Positions 19,168-27,359 of a stretch of DNA of 32,000 nt are shown piece after piece (position 1 is the first letter of the stretch; each line of letters begins with the position of its first letter). Below the pieces are notes generated by a model, which was given only the letters and a program-made list of their open reading frames with translations, ran no database searches and had not been told where the DNA came from. Origin of the DNA: Candidatus Baldrarchaeum yapensis (lineage in GTDB: Archaea > Asgardarchaeota > Baldrarchaeia > Baldrarchaeales > Baldrarchaeaceae); the NCBI GenBank assembly GCA_016840465.1, contig JAEOSH010000015.1, positions 1 to 32,000 on the forward strand, written 5' to 3'. The position numbers were made by a program, and so were the translations under genes.

Positions 19168-20370
19168 ACGGCCATAGCTGTTCGACATAAAACCTCTTCC
19201 TTGAGAAGATATCGGGAATCGCACCGTATATTATGCTCTGAACAACATACTTCCCAACCTCCTTGTGACGCACTACAGGCCTCTCCCCCGTCGCGCAGCG
19301 CAAAAAGTCCATGACATGATATATCTGCATCCCCGTCCTGTAAAGCCACATACCTCCCGACTGCGTTATCAGGCAACCGAGGCAGTAGGGCACAAGTATC
19401 TCCGCACCCGTTTCTCTGGCCTCTCTGAGCCTCTTCAGGATCCCGTATACAAGATCAAAAATGTTGTACCTCCTCACGCCATAACCCAGCCCGCAACACA
19501 TCGCACGCATCTTTGCGTTTTTCATCTCCACTATTTCCAGCCCTAGCCCCTCCAGAATCCTTCTCTGCCCCTCCATGAACTCGTCTCCGAGAATCTTCGC
19601 ATGACAGGAATCCTGAACGGTGATGGTCCTCCTTATTTTCCTCTTAACGTCAACTCGCCCCTGTTCCCAGAGCCACTCAGTTAGATAATGCATTTCTGCA
19701 CCTATGTCTATCCCGAAACGCGATGGGTATATTTTCGAGAGCATGTCGTAACATCCGGTACATAAGAAGAGAACAGTCCGTACATCGATCTTCCTGAAGA
19801 AGTCTTCAACCATTGTCGCCGCTTTAAAGGCTAGGTCTAGCATTCCCATCCTGTAATACATTTCTCCACAGCATATCTCAGGTGCCGCGATGACCGGAAT
19901 TCCATCTAGAAGTTTCGTATAGGTCAAGTACGGAAGGGTCATAAGATTGCAGCCTGCGTATATAACCTCCTTTCCGCGTATTTTCAACCTCCTAGTACGC
20001 TCAACCCATTCCAAAATAGTCCTCCTATCTTCGGGAGGAAGTCTTCGGTGACGACGCTCCTGAAGTTCGGAAACCTGTGTGGAAGCATATATCTGACCCT
20101 TAGCGGCATTCCTCTCCTTCTTATGGATTCAAATTTGTTGTAAAGGATGAGTTCATATGGATTGCATCCCTCAGGACATAAAACATCACAGGTGAAACAA
20201 CTAATGCATTTAGAAAGCGTGTAGCTTCTCTCTATCCCCTCTATTAGCAGTTTTATTTCTCCTCTCGCGAGATCTCTTGGTAAGTTTAATACCTGACACT
20301 CACTAAGACACGTGCCACACAAATTGCACTTGTCGTTCGAGAAGAACCTTAATTTCCAGGTGCTCAACAT
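19145..20370 (-). pseudogene. Fe-S oxidoreductase (4Fe-4S dicluster + two CCG domains; HdrD/GlpC-like), split by a frameshift near 20043
   Basis: ORF 19984-20409 has CNLCGTC and CISCFTCDVLCP. ORF 19145-20014 has CCG, CTGC, QDSCH, CCG and PYCLGC. Adding one base at GAA^GA joins them as ...VVTERLPPEDRRTILEWVER... Confidence 0.75.
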
Positions 20371-20588
20371 TACAACACACGATACCAGTTTTTTGAGCAT
20401 AAGCCTCACATTTTTATTTAGAATATGTTTTTCGATATTAAAACGTGTACGGCGGTCGCCGATTAATATTGTGATTTCGACTCGAACTTTCCCACTCTCG
20501 GGCCTCTATGGAAAATTTTGTAAATATTCACACAAAGATTACGCCCGATGTCTAAATGTGGAATGCTTATAATGTAGAGGTGGCATGA

Positions 20589-21980
20589 ATGAGATGGACA
20601 TGGAAAAGGGCATTAGCCGGCCCGCGTGGTGTCGCAGTGGTCGGTGCCTCCAGAAATCCGCTCAAGTTGGGAACAAGGGTAATGTCTCAACTTATAAATC
20701 ACGGATATCCGAAGGATAGGGTCTTCCCCGTGAACCCTCGGGAACGAGAGGTCATGGGAAGGGAGTGCTACTCGTCGGTCAAGGATATCCCTGAAATCGT
20801 AGATATTGCATGTATTGCCACCCCAGCTCGTACGGTACCCGATATTCTGAGAGATTGCGCTGATAAGGGAATAAAACTCGCAATAATATTTTCTGCCGGA
20901 TTCTCCGAAGTAGGGAATGTTGAGCTTGACAGGAAAATTATGGAAATTGTGAACGAATACGGAATACGGGTGTGTGGCCCTAACTCTCAGGGAATCATTT
21001 CCACTTATAATAATCTATGTGCGACCTTCAGCCTAAGCACCGAACTTCCAAACACACCAATAAAGGGAAACGTCGCAATAGTTTCCCAAAGTGGCGGGAT
21101 CGGCGGCTCCATGCTAACCCACCTCTGGGACTCCAAGGTCGGAATCAGCCACTTCATTTCAACCGGAAACGAGTTAGATCTCTCCCTCGCGGACTTTGTG
21201 GACTTCTTGGCGGAGGATATAAACACGAAAGTTATCATACTGCTCTTTGAGGTAATAAAGGACGTTGAAAAGTTCAAATTTAGCGTCGAAAACGCTAAGA
21301 GAAGTGGCAAGACAATCGTTGCGCTATGGGTCGGTCGAAGTAAGAAGGCTCGTGAACTCATAAAGTATCATACTGGTCTTAAGCCCCCAGAGGACGGGTA
21401 CGAGGACCTTTTAGATGAACTAGAAATAATAACTCTCGAAAATGTAGAAGACTTGTGGGACTCTGCAATTGTGCTTTCGTGGCAACCGCCAGCACTTGGC
21501 AACAGGATCGGCGTTATATCGACCAGCGGCGCTTTATGTTCGGTGATAACAGATTTGTTGGAGAAATATGGACTTTCGCTAGCGGATTTCGATGAAGAGA
21601 CCAGAAACAGGCTCAGAAAAATTCTCCCGGAATTTTCTATACCAAAGAATCCGATTGACATGACCGGACAGATAATGTTAGATATTCTGATGATGAGAAG
21701 GACCTTAGAAACACTTTTCGAGTGCCCTGAGGTTGATGCAATATTGATTGCAATAACAACAGCAGTCGGTCCGTTAGCTGAGAGGTTTATAAAAGATATC
21801 ATGATAGATGTCGGAAGCTTGCGCGAAAGATTTAATAAACCATTAATCGTATGCTGGCTCGCATCTAGGATGTTCTCCGAGAGAGCTTGGCGTATTCTGT
21901 TAGAAAAAAAGATTCCGGTCTACCCAACCCCTGAGAGGGCAGTAAGGGCGTTAAAACTTTTAACTAAAAAATATGAATAA
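20589..21980 (+). CDS. ADP-forming acyl-CoA synthetase alpha subunit (CoA-binding protein)
   Basis: VAVVGAS, VFPVNP, SAGFSE, GPNSQG, IVSQSGG, STGNELD, the phospho-His in YHTG and NPIDMTG. Confidence 0.9.
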   Translation: MRWTWKRALAGPRGVAVVGASRNPLKLGTRVMSQLINHGYPKDRVFPVNPREREVMGRECYSSVKDIPEIVDIACIATPARTVPDILRDCADKGIKLAIIFSAGFSEVGNVELDRKIMEIVNEYGIRVCGPNSQGIISTYNNLCATFSLSTELPNTPIKGNVAIVSQSGGIGGSMLTHLWDSKVGISHFISTGNELDLSLADFVDFLAEDINTKVIILLFEVIKDVEKFKFSVENAKRSGKTIVALWVGRSKKARELIKYHTGLKPPEDGYEDLLDELEIITLENVEDLWDSAIVLSWQPPALGNRIGVISTSGALCSVITDLLEKYGLSLADFDEETRNRLRKILPEFSIPKNPIDMTGQIMLDILMMRRTLETLFECPEVDAILIAITTAVGPLAERFIKDIMIDVGSLRERFNKPLIVCWLASRMFSERAWRILLEKKIPVYPTPERAVRALKLLTKKYE

Positions 21981-21995
21981 GGAGTCAAGTGCTGG

Positions 21996-22469
21996 TTATT
22001 CCTCTATTGGTTCAAAGTACTCTATGTTTAGTATGCTTCCCGTCCTCTGCTCTCTCCCCACTTCGCCTTTACCCTAGCGCCCACCTTTATCTTCTCAAGT
22101 GCCTTCTTCGGATCTGATAGGTCAACTCCTCCAACGAAATGTGGTATTCCCTCATCCGCGTCATCGAGTTTTATCCAAGCCACACAGTACGGAGGATCGG
22201 GAAGCCTCGTGAACTCCAGTAGCAAATAGTAAATGTAACGATGGTGTCCGTGTCCTTGACCTCTACCCACTCCTCCATTGGAACTAGGCATCTGTCACAG
22301 AACAACCGTGGAGGCACTATTACTCTCTTACACTTAGGGCAACGCAATCCTAGAATCTTCTTCTGCTTCATGCCCTCGTAAAAATTTGTTCTAATTTGAT
22401 CCGCAGAGTGTCTGTATGGAATCTCTACTTTGCGGGGACAACCACAAACTCCTCCTTCTTCCCTCCTAT
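21996..22469 (-). pseudogene. DUF35 Zn-ribbon/OB-fold (acyl-CoA-binding, thiolase-associated) pseudogene
   Basis: Reconstructs as KKEEFVVVP/KVEIPYRHS...CPKCKRVIVPPRLFCDRC...TFTICY/LEFT.LPDPPYCVAWIKLDDAD...KAKW/REQRTGSILNIEYFEPIEE* with three single-base frameshifts (~22433, ~22219, ~22055). The start codon appears to be ATA behind an AGGTGA RBS. Confidence 0.85.
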
Positions 22470-22490
22470 TAAACTCACCTCTTAACGTAA

Positions 22491-22505
22491 GGCAGAAACG
22501 TATAG
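22491..22505 (+). repeat. 15-bp exact copy of the left end of the 24191-24413 element
   Basis: GGCAGAAACGTATAG occurs at 22491-22505 and at 24191-24205; the flanks differ on both sides. Confidence 0.7.
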
Positions 22506-23067
22506 TGTTGCATTCGTTGCTTTTATGCACTTTTCCATGAGCCAAGTACGATGCGAGATTATCTACTCAATTTCCAAAATTGACTCACATCCAGCCGATA
22601 TTTCTAAAACATGGATTATTGAAAATAGATGGTGTCTTTACCTTGAGGTACATGGCCACGAATATTCCCTATGCTACCAGTAAACCAGAAATCTTCATAC
22701 GCAACCCTTTCAGGAATAATAGAGAGGATTTGCGAGAGAGTTCTCGAAAACTTTGGATGAATTTCCCAAGACGACCCATATTGCAAGTTCTTAAGAAGAC
22801 TATTTAAGTGACATCCTATTAGTTCTCTTTTTTTAATCGGTTCGAAAAAACATTTAATGTTCGATTTTTCTTTAAGAATTGACAGGAAAATGTGCGTAAT
22901 AAGAATCATATAGTCATCGGAACGAGCCGCTAATTCGATAACAGTCCTTACGACATTTATAAAAAATCTTGCTTGGCTCCTCAGATAACATTTATTTTTT
23001 GCAAGAGTGTGCATATTATTGGGGGCGTGATAAGGAATACTATACATTGTTCGTGGAGGACTATAGC

Positions 23068-23664
23068 ATGAGCAATAAAAGCGCGATAGGAGAACAGGCG
23101 CAAGAGCGAGGCTTCCCAGTGGGCAAACTTAAGGAATGGATAGAGAAAGGCCACCTTAGATACGACGAGAACGGGAGGCTAATTCTCGGAGTCCCAGTTG
23201 TGATAATTCCACGTGAGGATCTTGCGGAAATTCAAAAAGCGGCGGAAGAAATCCTAGGAGAAAATGGGGCCGCCGTGATAATGTACAGGGCTGGCTTTAA
23301 GCATGGTTACCGACATGCCGGAATTTACAAAAATAATTTTGGACTAGAGCAATTTGATATATTAGATAAACATCTCTCGGTGACCGCAGCGACAGGATGG
23401 TGGGGAAAGCACGAAATCGTGGAAAAGTCCCTAGATCCCCTGAAGGTCGTTATTCGCTTCTATAACAGTATCGCAGAGGAATGGAAAGGTACCGACAGAA
23501 GTGTATGTCACATATGGCGCGGAGTCATCGCAGGGATTCTGACATTTATTGCCGAGAGCATGGGGAAACAGGTGAAAATCCGGTGTTACGAATCAAAATG
23601 TGTGGCAAAAGGCGACCCCTACTGTGAAATAGTTGCAGAGGAGTTGTTTGAGGTTAAAAAATGA
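23068..23664 (+). CDS. V4R (4-vinyl reductase) domain protein
   Basis: AAVIMYRAGFKHG, GWWGK, CHIWRGVIAGIL and CYESKCVAKGDPYCEI are the V4R Cys/His pattern. GGAGGA RBS precedes the ATG at 23068. Confidence 0.88.
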   Translation: MSNKSAIGEQAQERGFPVGKLKEWIEKGHLRYDENGRLILGVPVVIIPREDLAEIQKAAEEILGENGAAVIMYRAGFKHGYRHAGIYKNNFGLEQFDILDKHLSVTAATGWWGKHEIVEKSLDPLKVVIRFYNSIAEEWKGTDRSVCHIWRGVIAGILTFIAESMGKQVKIRCYESKCVAKGDPYCEIVAEELFEVKK

Positions 23665-23734
23665 TCACACGGCTCAAAGTATCATTTTCATGTTTTTATA
23701 GAACTGGAAAATAAACGTTGAGCAAGAAAGTACG

Positions 23735-24131
23735 TCATATGCGAAATCTTACGGAGGTCAATGCGCCCAGAACAAATAACTCCATAAGGGCTTGGAGCAG
23801 CCCGGGAAGCCTCTCAATCGCAACTTCCCCAACGGCCTGAGCATGTGCGATGTCTCATTCTCCCTGAAGAATCTCTTTCCACAGTTTTGCGGTGGTCTTT
23901 ATTGTATAGTTTGGCTTCTCAGCCTCCCCTTCGTAGAACTCCGCCTTTCCGTCCTTCAGATCTATATAGAATGGATCCTCTCCCTCAAGCTTTAGTTGTA
24001 TTACTCTGTTTATTGATACTGTTTTTCTGAAGATCCTCATGAGCATCTTGAGTTCTCCCCTCAGAATCCTTTCTGCAGTCTCTATCCTATTCCACTTTCA
24101 CATTTTTTGTGAGTTCATTCACCTCGCCCAT
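23735..24131 (-). pseudogene. SCP2 sterol/lipid-binding domain pseudogene
   Basis: VIQLKLEGEDPFYIDLKDGKAEFYEGEAEKPNYTIKTTAKLWKEILQGE*DIAHAQAVGEVAIE is SCP2-like, with an in-frame TGA at 23855-23857 and a disrupted 5' end. Confidence 0.7.
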
Positions 24132-24144
24132 CCTTATCACCACC

Positions 24145-24585
24145 ATCACTTGACCTTCCTTAAATTTTAGCATTTCACGCATGTCATCTGGGCAGAAACG
24201 TATAGAACTTTTGCGGCTCAGAACCTTTATAAAGGAAGGCCACGTTACGCCAAGTGAGCTCCGCCCGGGATGTGGGAAGGGCGGGGTGAAGGAGTCAGAT
24301 GGATGTGCGGAGTCATCGTTCCCCGCGAAAAGCCCATCGATGAGGCTCGAGGCGGGAAGGCTCTTTGTCATGCGTGCATCAAAAGTTATGAAAGTGGCAG
24401 AGAGTCAGAACGGTTGCAATCTCCCTATCAAACTCCTTTGCAGTCCTAACGACCTTTTCTACGAGTTCAGCGTTGCTCCTTACCAGAACTCCCTTCTTGA
24501 GGAAAACGTTATCCTTAAGTCTGACCTTCACGTGTCTTCCCATGACGATCGAAAGCGTCGCCATCGGGAACTTATACGCACCAAT
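24145..24585 (-). pseudogene. kce: 3' relic of a BKACE/Kce (3-keto-5-aminohexanoate cleavage enzyme, DUF849) gene, interrupted by an insertion
   Basis: IGAYKFPMATLSIVMGRHVKVRLKDNVFLKKGVLVRSNAELVEKVVRTAKEFDREIA | PDDMREMLK matches the family C-terminus (GGHVRVGLEDN...SNAELVE...REIATPDEAR). The two halves flank 24191-24413. Confidence 0.78.
24191..24413 (+). mobile_element. Non-autonomous ~220-bp IS607/TnpB-derived element (MITE-like) with omegaRNA-like 3' part
   Basis: It interrupts the kce relic, has GG at both junctions and repeated AGAAC-type motifs at both ends, and contains a palindromic TATA CTTTATAAAG and a GC hairpin. Its 3' 120 nt are repeated at 31882-32000. Confidence 0.7.
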
Positions 24586-24830
24586 GTTGCTATAGTAAAC
24601 TACTCCTATGAAGGACAACCGATGAAACCACCGTATGTACTGGGAATGGTGAGGCTTGACGGGGCGGATAATGACTTTAGGCACTTCATAGGTGAGGTCG
24701 ATCTGAGCGACCTAGAGAAGGCCGCAAAGTAACTTGGAGAGTAAGCTTGGCGCGAAAGTTGAGGTTGTTTAGAACGAAGAAAGGAAAGGGATTTCACTGA
24801 TATTAGGTACATCATAAGGATTAATCGAGT
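24586..24830 (+). pseudogene. 3' fragment of a second DUF35 OB-fold gene
   Basis: AIVNYSYEGQPMKPPYVLGMVRLDGADNDFRHFIGEVDLSDLEK, then degraded KLGAKVEVV*NEERKG/TDIRY. It is a paralog of the 21996-22469 relic and lacks the 5' half. Confidence 0.75.
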
Positions 24831-24899
24831 GAGAAAAATACTATTAATGCAACAATGGTCGAACTTCTCTCAACACCATTTTTATACGGAGGTGCGAGC

Positions 24900-26012
24900 A
24901 TGCCGGAGAAGACAATATGGACCCCCCTATGTGATCTCCTAGGAATAAAGTATCCAATAATACAATCGCCAATGGGACCTTTTGTCACAACAAACTTGTG
25001 CGCAGCTGTCTCGAACGCTGGTGGCTTGGGAACCATCAGCCACTCCGGTGTCGGTAAAATTCTGATGATGTGTGCTCCCGAACTCTATGAGGCTGCAAAG
25101 AAGAGCATGTTAATGCCTGATCTTGACGCCGAGAGCGAAATAATGAATAGAGATCCAATAACGGAGCTCCGAAAAGTGACTAAGATGACGGACAGACCAA
25201 TAGGAATTAATGTCAGAGTTTCAAGTAGAGAGGTAGATGCCCCTTACCTTATAGATATGATTCTCGACGAGTATGAGAACAATCCGAATGTTAGGAGAAT
25301 CCTGAAGGTTGTCATAACGTCCGCGGGGAATCCCAAGAGATTTACGAAGAAGTTGAAGGATGCAGGACTTATAGTCTTCCATGTGGTCCCCTCAACATAC
25401 CACGCGAGAAAAGCCTTAGAGGCAGGTGTCGATGGTGTAATTGCGTCGGGGCATGAAGCAGGTGGTCACGTATCGTATGATCCGGTTCACACGAGTGTTT
25501 TGTTACCAGCAGTGGTCGATATTGTTAAGAAGGAAAACCCGGAGATGCCAGTGGTCTCCGCGGGTGGATGGTGTGATGGGAGGGGGCTTGCAGCTGCGTT
25601 AATGTTGGGTGCGGATGGAATTGCAATGGGAACGAGATTCATAGCGACGAAGGAGAGTGACTTCGCACAAGGTTATAAGGAGAAAATACTTGAGGCCTCC
25701 GACAGAGACACCGTGGTCGTTCCTGGGATTTTAGGTCCGATCAGAGGAATAAAAAACAAGTTCGTGATGACGTTGCTAAAGATGCTGGAGGAGGGAATGA
25801 AGGAGGACAATCCGGAGTTCCTGAGGTTCAAAAACGATCCTAAGAAGTGGGAGGCTTCATATGTGCATGGAGACAAGGAAAACGGCCCAGTGTGGGCAGG
25901 AGAAGTATCTGGTAGGATAAAGGATCTTCCATCCGTGAAGGAGTTAATAGAGAGGATAATAAGGGAGGCAGTTGAGGTTCTGGAGAGCATTCCATCGAAA
26001 GTTATTCGCTAA
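24900..26012 (+). CDS. Nitronate monooxygenase / FabK-like FMN-dependent oxidoreductase
   Basis: LGIKYPIIQSPMG, AVSNAGGLGTI, PIGINV, SGHEAGGH, SAGGWCDGRGLAAALMLGADGIAMGTRF and AGEVSGRI. GGAGGTG RBS precedes the ATG at 24900. Confidence 0.9.
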   Translation: MPEKTIWTPLCDLLGIKYPIIQSPMGPFVTTNLCAAVSNAGGLGTISHSGVGKILMMCAPELYEAAKKSMLMPDLDAESEIMNRDPITELRKVTKMTDRPIGINVRVSSREVDAPYLIDMILDEYENNPNVRRILKVVITSAGNPKRFTKKLKDAGLIVFHVVPSTYHARKALEAGVDGVIASGHEAGGHVSYDPVHTSVLLPAVVDIVKKENPEMPVVSAGGWCDGRGLAAALMLGADGIAMGTRFIATKESDFAQGYKEKILEASDRDTVVVPGILGPIRGIKNKFVMTLLKMLEEGMKEDNPEFLRFKNDPKKWEASYVHGDKENGPVWAGEVSGRIKDLPSVKELIERIIREAVEVLESIPSKVIR

Positions 26013-26329
26013 ATTATTTTTTCCAATTTTTATTTGCGCTCTTCGATTTCCTTTAAGCGTGATAGGTTGGGTGAAAACGGCGAAGTCAAGTATTATATTT
26101 CGCTAATTAAATTAATTTGTTGTTGAATATTATATTTACAGAACTTTTGAACTCTCATGTTTATTTTGTTGTCATATGGTGACGAGACAGGTATCTGAAA
26201 TATGCATTTTTGTTTTAAGACCTCAAATTTATAGCCTCTTCCCGCTCTTAGAGCATAATAATAAAATACGCAATATCCGGTCGTAAGGATGAACTCTCGT
26301 CTTAAAAAGAGGCGTTGGAGGATCAAGGT

Positions 26330-27346
26330 ATGGTCGAGGTGCTTTATGAGGGAGAAGGAGAGCTTTTGGGCTGGGAAGATCCAGACGAAATGAGAAAATG
26401 GATCAGAGAGAATAAGCCGAGGGAGATGGTTGACAAGACGATGGACCTGAAGGAGGCGATTTCGAAGTTCGTGAGAGACGGGTGCTACATAGCGTTTGGC
26501 GGATTCGGACACATTAGGGTGTCCATGGCAGCCATTTACGAGATAATAAGGCAAAAGAAGCGGAACCTGATAATGGCGGGGAAGACCGCTGTCCATGATG
26601 TCGACATACTGGTGGCAGCTGGATGTGTGAGCAAGGTCGAGGTTGCATATTGTTTCGGGCATGAACTGAGAGGTTTGAGTCCCGCAAGTAGGAGAAAGGT
26701 AGAACATGGTGAGGTCAAGGTTGCAACCGAGTGGAGCAACGCCGGCTTCCAATGGAGGTTCCTAGCGGCGGCGATGGGACTTCCGTTCATACCCACTCGT
26801 GTGATGCTCGGAACCGATACTTTAAGGAAAAGTTCTGCCAAGGTGATAAGAGATCCGTTCAGCGGAAAGCCAATTGCGCTATTGCCGGCGTGTTATCCAG
26901 ATGTTGTGATAATGCACGTCCATAGGTGTGACATTTACGGAAACGCACAGATAGATGGAATCCTTGTGGAAGACTTTGAACTTGCGAGGGCTGCGAGAAG
27001 GCTTATCATCACCACTGAGGAGATCGTAGACCACGAGCTTATAAGGAGAGAACCATGGAAAACTGTGATTCCGTACTTCTTAGTAGATGCTGTTGTCGAG
27101 GTTCCGTGGGGATCACACCCATGTAACATGCCGTACCTGTACTATTTCGATGAGGAGCACATTGCCGAGTGGTTGCGGATGTCGAGGACCGATGAGGGGG
27201 TCGAGCAGTACCTTGAGAAGTACGTTTACAGTGTGGACTCATTTGAGGAGTACCTTGAGAAGATAGGCGGAATTAAGAAGTTGAATTATCTTAAGAAGTT
27301 GGAGCATCTTAGGGCACCATTAGTTGCGCCGTGGGCCCAAGGGTGA
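26330..27346 (+). CDS. Family I CoA-transferase subunit A (glutaconate/3-oxoadipate CoA-transferase alpha-like)
   Basis: IAFGGF, EWSN, AAAMGLPFIP, PDVVIMHVHRCDIYGN and AVVEVPWGSHP. Confidence 0.9.
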   Translation: MVEVLYEGEGELLGWEDPDEMRKWIRENKPREMVDKTMDLKEAISKFVRDGCYIAFGGFGHIRVSMAAIYEIIRQKKRNLIMAGKTAVHDVDILVAAGCVSKVEVAYCFGHELRGLSPASRRKVEHGEVKVATEWSNAGFQWRFLAAAMGLPFIPTRVMLGTDTLRKSSAKVIRDPFSGKPIALLPACYPDVVIMHVHRCDIYGNAQIDGILVEDFELARAARRLIITTEEIVDHELIRREPWKTVIPYFLVDAVVEVPWGSHPCNMPYLYYFDEEHIAEWLRMSRTDEGVEQYLEKYVYSVDSFEEYLEKIGGIKKLNYLKKLEHLRAPLVAPWAQG

Positions 27347-27359
27347 GGAGGTAAGTGAG

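Noticed and set aside
22028-22545. Programmed ribosomal frameshifting in the DUF35 gene
   Set aside because: Three independent shifts, no slippery heptamers and a degraded start codon indicate decay, not recoding.
23855-23857. In-frame TGA in the SCP2 gene as possible selenocysteine or read-through
   Set aside because: The position is not a Cys site in SCP2 domains, the 5' part is also disrupted, and the neighbours are pseudogenes. A nonsense mutation is the simpler explanation.
24191-24413. Interpreting the two 120-nt repeats as a CRISPR array or as terminal inverted repeats of one large transposon
   Set aside because: There is no repeat-spacer periodicity or cas gene. Both copies are the same (right) end, and the 24.2-kb copy has its own left end and sits cleanly inside the kce gene.
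24181-24732. 183-aa ORF as a real gene
   Set aside because: It is a chimera of the inserted element, the antisense of the kce relic and the DUF35 fragment.
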